Origin: Lysobacterales bacterium
GTDB lineage: Bacteria > Pseudomonadota > Gammaproteobacteria > Xanthomonadales > Marinicellaceae
Length of the DNA: 64,000 bases
Reading direction: 5' to 3'
NCBI GenBank assembly: GCA_027057345.1
Contig: JALUIX010000058.1
Coordinates: 10,564-74,563 of the forward strand
The notes beneath the pieces are model-generated. The model saw nothing but the letters and a program-made list of their open reading frames with translations, made no database searches and was not told the DNA's origin. Shown here in pieces: positions 54,071 to 64,000 of this stretch. Position 1 is the stretch's first letter. Every line of letters starts with the position of its first letter. A program made the translations under genes and the position numbers.

Positions 54071-55420
54071 TTATTCCGTGAGCAGATTGATGAGTTTTTG
54101 CCTGTCTTCGGCGAAATCGGGTTCCTCGTTAAACAACTGTTGCATTTTGCGGCAGGCATGCAGCACCGTGGTGTGATCGCGGCCGCCGAAGGCCTCGCCA
54201 ATTTCCGGCAGGCTTTTGTCCGTGAGTTCCTTGGCCAGGTACATGGCCAACTGGCGGGGCCGTGCAATGGAGCGGGTGCGTTTTTTGGAAAGCAGGTCAG
54301 AAAGACGAATGCCGTAGTAATTGGCCGTGGCTTTCTGAATGTTTTCAATGGTGACCTGACGGTGGTGAATGGTGAATAGTTCACGCAGTGTCTGCTTGGT
54401 AAATTCAATGTCGATGGTGGCGCCGGTAAAGCGTGCATTGGCCCAAAGGGTGTTGAGCGCGCCTTCCAGCTCGCGAATATTGGAGCGCAATTTTTTGGCA
54501 ATGTAAAAAGCCACCTGGTCGGAAATGTTGATGCCCTGCTGGCGTGCCTTCTGTAACAGGATGGCCACTCGGGTTTCGAAATCCGGCGGGTCAATGGCCA
54601 CGCTCAGGCCCCAGCCCAGCCGGGATTTAAGGCGGTTCTTCAAGCCATTGACCTCTTTCGGGTAGCGGTCACAGGTGATGATGACCCGTTGCTTGAGTTC
54701 AAGCAGGGAGTTAAAGGTGTGAAAGAACTCTTCCTGGGTGCGCTCCTTGCCGGCAAAAAACTGGATGTCGTCAATCAACAGGGCATCCACGGAACGAAAC
54801 TGCTCCTTCAACTGGTCCATTTCCTGATTTTTAATGGCACGAATGGTGGCGTTTACAAACTGTTCGGAATGCGTGTAGTAAACAATGGCGTTGGGCTGCA
54901 GTTCCAGAATGCGGTTGCCAATGGCGTGCAGCAGGTGGGTTTTGCCCAGCCCGGTGGATCCATACAGCAGCAAGGGATTGTATTCCACCTGGGGTTCTTC
55001 GGCGATCTGCAGGGCTGAATGCTTGGCAATGGTGTTGGACTGACCTTCAACAAAGTTATCAAAGGTAAAGCGTGGGTCGATGTTGGATTGCAAGCGCGCC
55101 TGCGGGCGTTCCGGCAAGGCACTGGGCCGTTTGCGTTTTGGCAGGCTGCCATCGGCACTCAAATGCAGCGTGACCTCACAGGGTTGCTGGCGGATTTCAT
55201 TGCAGGCGGCGCGAATCAGGGGCAGGTAATTATCACGCACCCGCTGTGCCACGATTTCGTTGGGCGCAAAAAGATCCAGCCCGTTGTCTGTTTCCGTGAA
55301 ACGCAGGGGTTTGAGAAAAAGGGCGATATCACTGCTGTCGATTTCCACCTGAAGGCGATTGACGCATTTATCCCAAAGGGTTGGTTGTTCCTTGTTGCTG
55401 GTGTCTGTTTTGGCATTCAT
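54071..55420 (-). CDS. dnaA: chromosomal replication initiator protein DnaA
   Basis: AAA+ Walker A GSTGLGKTHLLHAIGN, LIDDIQFFAGKERTQEEFFHTFN, and C-terminal DNA-binding region RPRQLAMYLAKELT ... DHTTVLHA. Start at MNAKTD (ATG 55420). Confidence 0.98.
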   Translation of the reverse strand: MNAKTDTSNKEQPTLWDKCVNRLQVEIDSSDIALFLKPLRFTETDNGLDLFAPNEIVAQRVRDNYLPLIRAACNEIRQQPCEVTLHLSADGSLPKRKRPSALPERPQARLQSNIDPRFTFDNFVEGQSNTIAKHSALQIAEEPQVEYNPLLLYGSTGLGKTHLLHAIGNRILELQPNAIVYYTHSEQFVNATIRAIKNQEMDQLKEQFRSVDALLIDDIQFFAGKERTQEEFFHTFNSLLELKQRVIITCDRYPKEVNGLKNRLKSRLGWGLSVAIDPPDFETRVAILLQKARQQGINISDQVAFYIAKKLRSNIRELEGALNTLWANARFTGATIDIEFTKQTLRELFTIHHRQVTIENIQKATANYYGIRLSDLLSKKRTRSIARPRQLAMYLAKELTDKSLPEIGEAFGGRDHTTVLHACRKMQQLFNEEPDFAEDRQKLINLLTE

Positions 55421-55763
55421 AGTGTTTTTTCTTGCGGTGTTTGAAGGTCCGTTCCAACACGTGTGACCCATGGAGGCAGATTTTTCGAAGTGGCGGCTAA
55501 ACCAGCTTGTGTCATTCAGGCGAATTTCAGGCGGCAAGGTTCAGGACAGAGAAGAGAAAACCGGCCGGCCAACGCGGCCTCAAAAACCGCTTTGCCCTTG
55601 AAAATACACGCAAAAACGGGTATGCTTCACCACCTTTTGAGGAAGTGCTGTGCCTGCCATCTGGCCCGTTCTGATGTTTCGGGCAAGAAAACCAGCGGCC
55701 CGGCGGTTCCTTTTTTTGTTGTAAGCAGCCCTTACCACAGCGAATTCAGACGGAAAGAATACC

Positions 55764-55904
55764 ATGAAAAGAACTTATCAACCCAGCAAAATCAAGCGCG
55801 CCAGAACTCACGGTTTTCGTGCCCGCATGAAAACCGCCGGCGGCCGTGCCGTGATTAATGCACGCCGTGCCAAAGGCCGTAAAAGACTGACTGTTTCCGG
55901 TTAA
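55764..55904 (+). CDS. rpmH: 50S ribosomal protein L34
   Basis: Not in the ORF track (46 aa). My translation is [52 protein letters not shown] upstream. Confidence 0.95.
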   Translation: MKRTYQPSKIKRARTHGFRARMKTAGGRAVINARRAKGRKRLTVSG

Positions 55905-55932
55905 ATCCAGCCAGTAACCGAAACCACACAAG

Positions 55933-55974
55933 GCAGCCGGCGGGAACAAACCAACCCGGTGGCTGCTTTGTTTT
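55933..55974 (+). terminator. intrinsic terminator/attenuator between rpmH and rnpA
   Basis: GCAGCCGGCGGG-10 nt loop-CCCGGTGGCTGC (12-bp stem with one mismatch and one G-T pair), followed by TTTGTTTT. Confidence 0.6.
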
Positions 55975-56032
55975 CATCCTGGCCGGGAAAAACCGGTGCC
56001 CTGTTCTTTCGCAACACCGGCCACAACGTTCG

Positions 56033-56467
56033 ATGACCCCCACCGGAAAAAACACGTCACAGCCAAGTCCTGAACCAACGCCTGTAGGCGCGACGTTCCC
56101 CAAGACTGCCCGCTTGCTGGATAAAAAACAGTTTGACCAGGTTTTTTCTCAAGCCCTGAAAGTCTCCGACAGGCATTTCCTGATTCTGATGCACCAGCGA
56201 GCCAAGACTCCCGGCGAAAAAATCGCCGTGCCACGCCTGGGGCTGATTGTCTCCAAAAAAGTGGACAAACGGGCCGTGGGGCGAAATCGGATCAAACGCC
56301 AGGTACGGGAAAGTTTTCGCCAGCAACAGCAGCTGCCTGGGTGTGATTTCGTCGTGATCGGCCGGCCGGCAGCCAGCCAGGCGACCAATACCGAATTGCG
56401 CCAGAGCCTCGATCGCTTGTGGCAACAGGCCGGTCTCAAATTCAACCAACGCAGAAATTCATCATGA
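56033..56467 (+). CDS. rnpA: ribonuclease P protein component
   Basis: Basic RNR-like block KKVDKRAVGRNRIKRQVRESFR. Position rpmH-rnpA-yidC. The exact start is uncertain. Confidence 0.88.
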   Translation: MTPTGKNTSQPSPEPTPVGATFPKTARLLDKKQFDQVFSQALKVSDRHFLILMHQRAKTPGEKIAVPRLGLIVSKKVDKRAVGRNRIKRQVRESFRQQQQLPGCDFVVIGRPAASQATNTELRQSLDRLWQQAGLKFNQRRNSS

Positions 56468-58170
56468 ATAACACCCGCCCTCTTCTTTTTGCCGCCCTGT
56501 TTTTTCTCGGCTTTGCCCTGTACCAGAACTGGCAACAGGATTATGGCAGCCAGCCGACAGCAGGCAGTGACAGCTCACAAGCCGCTGAGAAAACAACCTC
56601 AGCCAGCGAAAGTGTGCCATCAATGGATGAGGCACCGCAGGCCAAAACCGGACAGCAAAAGGAAGAAAAACCGGAAAAGTCCCCACTGTTGGCAGACGGA
56701 GAAAAAACGCCAGAAACTTCTCGTGGCAGGCTGGTGGAAATCAATAACGGCGTATTGAAACTGAAAATTGACACGCAGGGCGCGGGCATCAAATACGCTG
56801 AATTGCTGGACTACCCGGTGGAAAAAGGCGCCGACACCAACGTGGTGTTGATGAATGATGTGAAAGGCGATCGCTATTACGCCCAAAGTGGCCTGGTGTC
56901 CAATGCACCGGCCCCTGATCACCGGCAGGTATTTGAAACCCCCCATGAGAGCGTGGATGCCACCGGCACAGCCGTCGATATTCCTTTTAGCTGGGAAAAA
57001 GACGGGGTCAAAGTCACCAAAACCTATCACGTTGAGCCCAATTCTTACGTGATCTCCGTCAAACAGACGGTGGAAAACCAGAGCGGCCAGCCCTGGACGG
57101 GATACGCATATCAACAATTGCAGCGCAATAACCCCTGGGAAGGCAAGAAAAGCGGCTTTACTGACCCCGGCCGCATGTCGCTGAAAGGCGCGTCTTTTTA
57201 CGACCAGGAAGAAGGCTACACCAAAGTGCCTTTCAAAGACATGAAGGAAAACGCCGAAGAGGGTGAGCCGCCGGTGGAAGCCACCGTCAATAAGGGCTGG
57301 ATTGCCATGGTGCAACACTATTTCCTGTCGTCTATTATCGACGACAAGGAACCATTGAAAGTGCAAACGCGTTACCTGCCGGATTCACCAACCCCTTATC
57401 TGATCCGCTTCCTGACCCCGACCCGCACCGTGCAACCTGGCCAACGCCAGGATTTTGAAGCCACATTGTTTGTGGGGCCAAAACTGCAGAAAGTATTGCC
57501 CACGGTGGCCGAAGGCCTGGAACTGACCGTGGACTACGGGATTTTCACCGTGATTGCCAAGCCGCTGTTTTCGGTCTTGTCCTTCATTTATTCCTTTGTG
57601 CTCAACTGGGGCTGGTCAATCGTCATTCTGACCATTCTGATCAAGCTGGCCTTTTTCAAACTGACCGAATCCCAGTACAAATCCATGGCCCGCATGCGCA
57701 AGCTGCAGCCACGCATTCAAACCCTGAAAGAGCGCCACAAGGGCAATCGTCAGCGTTTCAACGAAGAAATGATGAAGCTGTACCAGAAAGAAAATGTCAA
57801 TCCGCTGGGCGGCTGTCTGCCCATGTTGGTGCAGATCCCGGTCTTTATTGCCCTGTACTGGGTTCTGCTGGAAAGTGTGGAACTGCGTCAGGCGCCGTTT
57901 ATCCTGTGGTTGCAGGATCTGTCCAGCCCCGATCCCTATTATATTCTGCCGGCCATCAATGCCGCGGCCATGTACATGACACAGCGCCTCTCACCCACGC
58001 CCGGCATGGACCCTGTGCAACAGAAAGTGATGAAGTTCATGCCACTGGGCTTCTCCATCATGTTTGCCTTCTTCCAGTCTGGCCTGGTGCTTTACTGGGC
58101 GGTCAACAGCAGCTTGTCGCTGTTGCAGCAATGGGTGATCACCAAGCGCATTGAAAAACAGGCCAACTGA
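56464..58170 (+). CDS. yidC: membrane protein insertase YidC
   Basis: N-terminal TM MNNTRPLLFAALFFLGFALYQNW, a large periplasmic domain, and the conserved C-terminal core GWSIVILTILIKLAFFKL ... NPLGGCLPMLVQIPVFIALY. ATGA overlap with rnpA. Confidence 0.96.
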   Translation: MNNTRPLLFAALFFLGFALYQNWQQDYGSQPTAGSDSSQAAEKTTSASESVPSMDEAPQAKTGQQKEEKPEKSPLLADGEKTPETSRGRLVEINNGVLKLKIDTQGAGIKYAELLDYPVEKGADTNVVLMNDVKGDRYYAQSGLVSNAPAPDHRQVFETPHESVDATGTAVDIPFSWEKDGVKVTKTYHVEPNSYVISVKQTVENQSGQPWTGYAYQQLQRNNPWEGKKSGFTDPGRMSLKGASFYDQEEGYTKVPFKDMKENAEEGEPPVEATVNKGWIAMVQHYFLSSIIDDKEPLKVQTRYLPDSPTPYLIRFLTPTRTVQPGQRQDFEATLFVGPKLQKVLPTVAEGLELTVDYGIFTVIAKPLFSVLSFIYSFVLNWGWSIVILTILIKLAFFKLTESQYKSMARMRKLQPRIQTLKERHKGNRQRFNEEMMKLYQKENVNPLGGCLPMLVQIPVFIALYWVLLESVELRQAPFILWLQDLSSPDPYYILPAINAAAMYMTQRLSPTPGMDPVQQKVMKFMPLGFSIMFAFFQSGLVLYWAVNSSLSLLQQWVITKRIEKQAN

Positions 58171-58207
58171 ATCCACTGAGCCTGAACGCCCGGCGCAATC
58201 ACCCAAT

Positions 58208-59611
58208 ATGAACGACACCACAGACACCATCGCCGCCATCGCCACCGCGCCAGGGGTGGGCGGCGTGGGTATTGTGCGCGTGTCCGGGCCGCAGGCCGCG
58301 CAAATAGCCAGGGCCATTACCGGCACGGTGCCGCCGCCCCGGCAGGCGATCTTCAGGCCGTTTCGCTGGCCAGCAGCCACGCAATCCGAAGACGAAAACA
58401 GGCCATCGCAGCCTGCTGCCGGTGAGAAAATCGACAGCGGCGTGGTGCTTTATTTTCCGAATCCGGCCTCGTTTACCGGCGAGGACGTGGTGGAATTCCA
58501 GGGCCACGGCGGGCCGGTAGTGATGAACCTCCTGTTGCAGGCGGTGCTGGCTGCCGGAGCGCGACTGGCGCAGCCGGGCGAGTTTTCCCAGCGGGCTTTT
58601 CTTAACGGCAAGATTGACTTGGTGCAGGCCGAGGCCATTGCCGATTTGATCAGCAGCAGCAGCGAACAGGCTGCACTGGCCGCACAAAGGGCCTTGTCCG
58701 GGGAATTTTCCGCCCAGATAGAGGGCTTGTTACAGCAATTGATCCGCCTGCGCGTGTGGGTGGAGGCGGCCATCGACTTTGCCGAAGAGGAAATAGACTT
58801 TCTGGCCGATGAACAGCTGCAGGCCACCCTGGAAGACATCAATCAACGCATGCAGAACCTGTTACGCCAGACCACCGCCGGGGCCATGCTTAACCGCGGT
58901 TTTGTGCTGGCGCTGGCCGGCGTGCCCAATGCCGGCAAATCGTCGTTGTTAAACCGTCTTGCCCGCCAGGAAAGCGCCATTGTTTCGGCACAGGCCGGCA
59001 CCACTCGGGACGTGCTCAAGGAAACCATACAGATTCAGGGCATACCGACCACGGTGCTGGACACCGCCGGCTTGCATGACACCGAAAACCCGGTGGAACG
59101 TGAAGGCATTCGCCGTGCCCAGCGCGCCATGCGCGAAGCCGATCTGGTGCTGGTGGTGGTCGATGCCAGCCAGCCGCTGGACACGCAACAGCAGGCACTG
59201 GCGGATCTGCCGACGCACAGCCGCACCCTGTTTGTGATCAACAAGCTGGATCTGAACGCAAACACCGAACCTTTCAGGCAGTGGGCACAGTTGCTTCACT
59301 CCCCATGGGTGGAGATTTCAGCCACCGAAGGCACCGGGCTGGAAGCCCTGCAGGAGGCCATTGTGCAGGCCATCACCGGACACAAACAGCTGGAAACCAC
59401 CTACCTGGCCCGAACCCGTCACGTGCAGCAATTGCAAGAAACCGCCGAGCACCTGCGCATTGCCCGCCAGCAACTGGTGGAAAATCAGGCCGGTGAACTG
59501 GTAGCCGAAGAATTGCGCCTGGCGCAGCAGGCACTGAACGCCATCACCGGCGAATTCAGCAGCGATGATTTGCTGGGTGAGATTTTTTCGTCGTTTTGCA
59601 TCGGCAAGTAA
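58208..59611 (+). CDS. mnmE: tRNA uridine-5-carboxymethylaminomethyl(34) synthesis GTPase MnmE
   Basis: DTIAAIATAPGVGGVGIVRVSG, G1 motif GVPNAGKSSLLN and C-terminal FCIGK. Start at MNDTTD (ATG 58208). Confidence 0.96.
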   Translation: MNDTTDTIAAIATAPGVGGVGIVRVSGPQAAQIARAITGTVPPPRQAIFRPFRWPAATQSEDENRPSQPAAGEKIDSGVVLYFPNPASFTGEDVVEFQGHGGPVVMNLLLQAVLAAGARLAQPGEFSQRAFLNGKIDLVQAEAIADLISSSSEQAALAAQRALSGEFSAQIEGLLQQLIRLRVWVEAAIDFAEEEIDFLADEQLQATLEDINQRMQNLLRQTTAGAMLNRGFVLALAGVPNAGKSSLLNRLARQESAIVSAQAGTTRDVLKETIQIQGIPTTVLDTAGLHDTENPVEREGIRRAQRAMREADLVLVVVDASQPLDTQQQALADLPTHSRTLFVINKLDLNANTEPFRQWAQLLHSPWVEISATEGTGLEALQEAIVQAITGHKQLETTYLARTRHVQQLQETAEHLRIARQQLVENQAGELVAEELRLAQQALNAITGEFSSDDLLGEIFSSFCIGK

Positions 59612-59618
59612 GGCTTAG

Positions 59619-59646
59619 GGAGCCTCTGATTGAATCGTGACACGGC
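59619..59646 (+). mobile_element. MITE solo end (28-bp left-terminus fragment, copy J)
   Basis: GGAGCCTCTGATTGAATCGTGACACGGC is identical to the first 28 nt of copy F (reverse complement). Preceded by TTAG. The rest of the element is missing. Confidence 0.65.
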
Positions 59647-59650
59647 CCGG

Positions 59651-61786
59651 TCAAAACAGGCCATGCCAGGACAACAGCAGCCCACGGCCCGGCGCGTGCA
59701 GGCCAGAGCCGTGTTCGCGATAGCGTTTGTCAAACAGGTTTTGTACGCCCAGGCGCAGGCTGTGATTCGGATTCGGGTGCCAGGTCAGGTAGGCATCAAA
59801 CACCGCAAAACCGCCGGTACCCTGCGGGTCAATCCGCGCATCGCGACGATCACGCGCACTCAAGCGGCGTTGCGCGGCGGCAAAACGCGCCTGCAACGTG
59901 CCGTGCCAACGGGAGGAAATCGGTCGCGAAAAACCTAAGGCACCGTTTAATGGTGGAATTCGATCGGCCGGTTCCACTTGTCCGCCGCTGTCTTCTTCGC
60001 CCCAAACGTAATTGAGCGTGGCCCACAGGCGCTGACCCGCCGGCCCGTACCATTCCAGTTCATTTTCCAGCCCGCGCAGGCGCACACGCGCGACGTTTTG
60101 GCTTTGCACCACCTGCTGGCCTTCGGGCGTGGTCTGGCCGGTAAAAACCGAGGCGATCTTGTTCCGGTAGCGGCTGATAAAGACCGCGCTTTGCCAATGC
60201 CAGTTGCTGCCAGTGTGCTTCCAGCCAAAATCCAGCGAATACAGGGTTTCTGCCTGTAACTCCGGGTTGGCGATATTAAACCGGTTGCCCGGCCGTGGCC
60301 CCAGTTGCCCCAGGTCAAAAATATTGGGCGGTCGAAAACCGCGACCAAGGTTGGCAAACAGGCGCTGGCGGTCGGTAAGGGAAAATAGTCCACCCAGGTG
60401 GCCGCTCCAGTCGCTCAGGCGAATGGCCTTCGGTGCCAGTTGTGGCCGGTTGAGGTCAATGCGATAGCGACTGTGGCGAACCCCGGCGTTCCACTGCCAG
60501 CGGTGCTGCTGCCAGCGGTATTCAGCAAAACCAGCCAGTAACTGCATGCGCGAATCGTCCGGAAAGCGGCTGGCCACGGGGTGTTCACTGTTGCCTTGGC
60601 GGTGCCATTTGTGACTGCCAATGCGGTCGTGCCAGCTGTCCAGCCCGAACACCAGGCGTTTGTTTTTTGCCAGCTGCCGATGCCAGGTGGCTTTGGCACT
60701 GATCATCCGGCTTTGGTTGTTTTCCCGTGTGTCACCGCTGGCCTGCCACTTACGCACCAATCGCTGGTCGGTGATCTTCTGCCAGGCCATTTGATAACGC
60801 GCGCTGTCAAACCACGCCCCGGGCACAGGGTCTTCCACGAACAGGTGCACAAAATCGCGCTGGTTGGGGGAAAACAGGTAATGTTCGGCATCTGGGTGTG
60901 GCTGGCCAAATCCGGCCACCAGCGCATCCACCCGGGGCGTGGCCGGTTGTTTCAGGTGTTGGGTATCCACTCCAATGGTCAGGCCGCTGTTCAGTTGCCG
61001 CAGCCATTTGCCATTGAACGCGTGGGAATCAAACGCCGTAAAGGGCACCAAGTCGCCGCCGCCGATGCGCCGCTGGCCGCTGCTGAGCGTGCTTAGGGCC
61101 ACCGAGGCGGCCTGGGTCGGGGCGGAGAAATCCATGCGCAGGTGAGCCAGGGCCAGTTTTTCCGCGCCATGCCATGCCAGGTAGCTTTCGCCACTGAAAC
61201 GGTCGTGACCGGCCAGTTGAGGCCGGTGAGTGATGACATTGACCACCCCGCCCATGGCGTCTCCGCCGTAGAGCACCGATGACGGGCCGCGCACCACTTC
61301 AATCTGATCGGCCCAGAATGGATCGACCAGGGCCAGGTACTGATTGGGTGCGTCACGAAAAAAAGCCGTGTTGAGGCGAATGCCGTCCACCAGGTGCAGG
61401 TTTTGAGAACCCTTCAGGCCACGGATGATGGGAATCCCCTGCCCCGGCGTGGTTTGTTGCACGTAAACCCCGGCTTCATCCCGCAGCAAATCGGGCAACA
61501 AGGCGTTGGGGCGGGAGAAAAACTCGTCCCGGGTGATAACCGAAACCGCCGCGGCCACATTGCTCACAGGCGCTGCCTGCAAACCGGCAGTGACCTGCAT
61601 GGTGTCCAGCGTGCGGGTATTCTTTGAATCCGGGGATTTCTGTTCGCCGGAGGGTTGAGTCGAGGGATCCGACGGCTCGTCCAGCGGTTTGTGTGCAGGC
61701 GTGGGCGGCTTTTCATCCGCAGTGGCCTGAACCGTCACCGCCATCAGGCACGTCACGGCCAGCATGAAACAAGTGACAGTCTTCAT
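59651..61786 (-). CDS. TonB-dependent outer-membrane receptor
   Basis: Signal peptide MKTVTCFMLAVTCLMAVTVQATA. Plug-domain blocks VSVITRDEF, QGIPIIRGLKGSQNLHLVDGIRLN and IEVVRGPSSVLYG. C-terminal ...SWHGLF ends in Phe. Start at ATG 61786. Confidence 0.9.
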   Translation of the reverse strand: MKTVTCFMLAVTCLMAVTVQATADEKPPTPAHKPLDEPSDPSTQPSGEQKSPDSKNTRTLDTMQVTAGLQAAPVSNVAAAVSVITRDEFFSRPNALLPDLLRDEAGVYVQQTTPGQGIPIIRGLKGSQNLHLVDGIRLNTAFFRDAPNQYLALVDPFWADQIEVVRGPSSVLYGGDAMGGVVNVITHRPQLAGHDRFSGESYLAWHGAEKLALAHLRMDFSAPTQAASVALSTLSSGQRRIGGGDLVPFTAFDSHAFNGKWLRQLNSGLTIGVDTQHLKQPATPRVDALVAGFGQPHPDAEHYLFSPNQRDFVHLFVEDPVPGAWFDSARYQMAWQKITDQRLVRKWQASGDTRENNQSRMISAKATWHRQLAKNKRLVFGLDSWHDRIGSHKWHRQGNSEHPVASRFPDDSRMQLLAGFAEYRWQQHRWQWNAGVRHSRYRIDLNRPQLAPKAIRLSDWSGHLGGLFSLTDRQRLFANLGRGFRPPNIFDLGQLGPRPGNRFNIANPELQAETLYSLDFGWKHTGSNWHWQSAVFISRYRNKIASVFTGQTTPEGQQVVQSQNVARVRLRGLENELEWYGPAGQRLWATLNYVWGEEDSGGQVEPADRIPPLNGALGFSRPISSRWHGTLQARFAAAQRRLSARDRRDARIDPQGTGGFAVFDAYLTWHPNPNHSLRLGVQNLFDKRYREHGSGLHAPGRGLLLSWHGLF

Positions 61787-61916
61787 TGGGCGGTTAGGTT
61801 GGGAAAAACCATGGGCATGCGGTGGTGGATGATGGCCGCCCAATGTAACGGCTTTGGTCGCCGGGGTCAACGCATCCCTGGGTTTCTGGCCAAAACCCGA
61901 CGGCGAAGGCTTTGGG

Positions 61917-64000
61917 TTATTTATTTGCGCTTGGTGGCTGGCCGTATTTGTCGATTTCACGCACCGTCAGCAGGTAGGATTTTTTGATGTTTTCCATCAA
62001 CGCATTGAGCCGCTCCATGTCGCCGGAAAGGGCTTCGGCTTCCATGCGCTTGCAAAAATAGCTCAGCCCCCGGGCGCCGATGTTGGCGGAAGAGGATTTG
62101 AGCGAATGGGCCAGGGTGCGCAGTTCGGCCAGGTTGCGGCTTTGCAGGGCCTTGCGCATGTGGCGCAAGGTGCCCGGTGCGTCTTGTTTGAATAGCGACA
62201 GGAGGCTTTGCACGTCATCGCCCATGAATTCACGAATTTCGTGCAAGGTTTTGGTGCTGAGCCACTTGTCGTTAATGGCCGGGGCGGCCGGTTGGCGTTT
62301 GGCTGCGGCCGGATTACTGTTGGTCACCGGCGTGGCTTGTAATGGGTCCCATTTCTTCAGGGTTTTTTCCAGCACATAACGGTTCAGCGGTTTGGACATG
62401 TAATCGTCCATGCCGGCATTGAGGCATTTTTCACGATCACCCATCATGGCATTGGCGGTCATGGCAATAATGGGCGTGCTGTTGAGCCCTTCGGCCTTTT
62501 CGTATTCGCGTATGCGCTGGGTGCACAAGTAACCATCCATGACCGGCATCTGGCAATCCATTAGCACCATCCGGTAGCGGTTTTGCTTCACTTTTTCCAA
62601 CGCTTCCAAGCCATTTTTGGCCACATCAAAGGTATAACCAATGTATTGAATGAGTTTTTGCGCCACCTTCAGGTTAACGTCGTTGTCTTCCACCAGCAAC
62701 ACGCGCTCATCCAGCTGCGGGATGTCTGCCGGTGTTTCCTTGGGTGGGGAATTTTCTGCTTGGGCGCTGGTGTCAGACAGCGTTTGTTCGGTTTCAGCCA
62801 GGGTCTCGGCAGCGGAGTGTGTCACACCGGTGACCACGCGTTCAGCGGGGTTCGTGGCGGTCGTTTCTGGTTCGGAATCCTCTTCGCCCTCCTCCAGGCT
62901 TAGCCCACCGAAAACCGGTCCTTGGTCTTCGCCTGGTGCCGACTGAGGCTTCTCGGCCAGAGTCGTCAAGGTCGATGAACCGGCTCCTTCTTCAAGCCGC
63001 CGTAGCAACTCTTCCACCGAGCTGTTTGGCCCCAGCAGTTGAATGCGTTCACTCTGCGGTACCCCGGCGATGCGCTGCTGTGCGGTGATGATGCAGGCGG
63101 TGAAATCAGAGGGCGTCTCTTCGTCCATGACCTGGGCGATCAGGGCGCGGGCCTGTTTGGCGGCGGTGTCGAAATCCACAAACACGAGAAAATGGTTGGA
63201 GTTGCCGTTCAGCTGCCGGGCGGCATTCAGGCTTTCCTGAATGTGGCTGAGGCTGTTGGACGGCTTGGCGTGAATGCCCAGTGCCGTGAGCTGCCGTTGC
63301 AACGATTGGGTGGCTGAGAAGCTGGTGTTGAGAATCAGTGCCTGGAAGCCTTTGCTCGTGCTGCTGGCCGCTTCCGTGCGTTGATCTTCCTGGGTGGGTG
63401 TCTGGTGGGCCGGTTTCAGCAATGGCAACTCGACAAAAAACGTGCTGCCCTTGCCGGGTTCCGATTCTACGCCAATGCGACCGTCCATGAGTTCGACAAT
63501 CTTTTTGCTGATGGCCAGGCCGATGCCGGTGCCGCCAAATTTACGTGTGCTGGAACCGTCGGCCTGGGTAAACGGCTGAAACAGCACGGCCTGCTGTTCC
63601 GGGGCAATGCCTATGCCTTCATCCCGCACTTCGATGCGAACCAGCTCCTTGTCGCCCAGGTCCTTGACCTTGCTCACCCCGAGGTGGATGGTGCCGCGGT
63701 CGGAAAACTTGATGGCATTGCTAAGCAGGTTGGTGACCACCTGCCGCACGCGCAAGGGGTCGCCACGCAACAGGGGGCTGACATAAGGCGAGACGTCCAG
63801 CTGGATGCGCAGGTTTTTCTTTTGCGCCGAGGGTTCCAGGGCCTTGACCACGGATTCCAGCACCCGGGGCAGTTTCAGGCCGACGTTTTCTATGCTCAGT
63901 TTGCCGGCTTCGACTTTCGAGTAATCCAGCAGGTCATCAATGAGCTTCTGCATCTGCTTGGCCGAAACAAAAGCCGTTTGCAGGTAGTCTTTCTGGAAGT
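61917..64000 (-). CDS. hybrid sensor histidine kinase / response regulator with HPt domain (N-terminus beyond the window)
   Basis: The reading frame stays open to base 64000. HATPase_c blocks (NLLSNAIKFS, DEGIGI, GGTGIGLAISK); receiver VLLVEDNDVNLKVA ... VLMDCQMPVMDGY; C-terminal HPt LAHSLKSSSANIGA. Confidence 0.9.
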   Translation of the reverse strand, partial: FQKDYLQTAFVSAKQMQKLIDDLLDYSKVEAGKLSIENVGLKLPRVLESVVKALEPSAQKKNLRIQLDVSPYVSPLLRGDPLRVRQVVTNLLSNAIKFSDRGTIHLGVSKVKDLGDKELVRIEVRDEGIGIAPEQQAVLFQPFTQADGSSTRKFGGTGIGLAISKKIVELMDGRIGVESEPGKGSTFFVELPLLKPAHQTPTQEDQRTEAASSTSKGFQALILNTSFSATQSLQRQLTALGIHAKPSNSLSHIQESLNAARQLNGNSNHFLVFVDFDTAAKQARALIAQVMDEETPSDFTACIITAQQRIAGVPQSERIQLLGPNSSVEELLRRLEEGAGSSTLTTLAEKPQSAPGEDQGPVFGGLSLEEGEEDSEPETTATNPAERVVTGVTHSAAETLAETEQTLSDTSAQAENSPPKETPADIPQLDERVLLVEDNDVNLKVAQKLIQYIGYTFDVAKNGLEALEKVKQNRYRMVLMDCQMPVMDGYLCTQRIREYEKAEGLNSTPIIAMTANAMMGDREKCLNAGMDDYMSKPLNRYVLEKTLKKWDPLQATPVTNSNPAAAKRQPAAPAINDKWLSTKTLHEIREFMGDDVQSLLSLFKQDAPGTLRHMRKALQSRNLAELRTLAHSLKSSSANIGARGLSYFCKRMEAEALSGDMERLNALMENIKKSYLLTVREIDKYGQPPSANK

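Noticed and set aside
55421-55763. The rpmH-dnaA intergenic region as the replication origin (the usual Pseudomonas-type location).
   Set aside because: Reading both strands, I found no TTATCCACA-like 9-mer with two or fewer mismatches and no AT-rich unwinding element. The region is only 343 bp and fairly GC-rich. It probably holds just the divergent promoters.

Overview
Core, replication-origin-proximal chromosome segment of a moderately GC-rich, Gammaproteobacteria-like genome; the taxon is inferred from gene order only. The dnaA-dnaN-recF-gyrB block (minus strand, 48.7-55.4 kb) faces rpmH-rnpA-yidC-mnmE (plus strand, 55.8-59.6 kb). The rest is mostly housekeeping: aspS, plsB, hslVU, lptM-dapF-DUF484-xerC, birA, tsaD, apbE, can, def, dprA-smg-topA, tsaC, hemF, waaA, hemH and uppP. 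I saw no rRNA, tRNA, CRISPR array, prophage or transposase gene. The strongest signal not explained by genes is a dense family of ~160-bp imperfect-palindrome repeats. It has 7 full-length copies, a second subfamily, a 67-bp derivative and solo ends. The copies have 18-bp terminal inverted repeats starting GGAAGC and 4-bp YTAR flanking duplications, the signature of IS5-type non-autonomous elements (MITEs). They sit on or next to stop codons; three genes end on element-encoded TGA codons, and two copies interrupt dnaA-dnaN-recF. Other items worth a second look: a DnaA-box cluster in the dnaA-dnaN spacer while the rpmH-dnaA spacer has none. There is also an ApbE gene divergent from a translationally coupled porin / FMN-binding / PepSY-like operon, a likely extracytoplasmic flavinylated redox module. 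Further items are a Grx(CGFS)-IscA-like-rhodanese fusion protein, an LpxL-like protein coupled to plsB followed by two paralogous membrane-anchored proteins of unknown function, and a tightly overlapped thioesterase-acyltransferase-hydrolase operon. All calls come from reading the translations and the DNA; no database search was possible.
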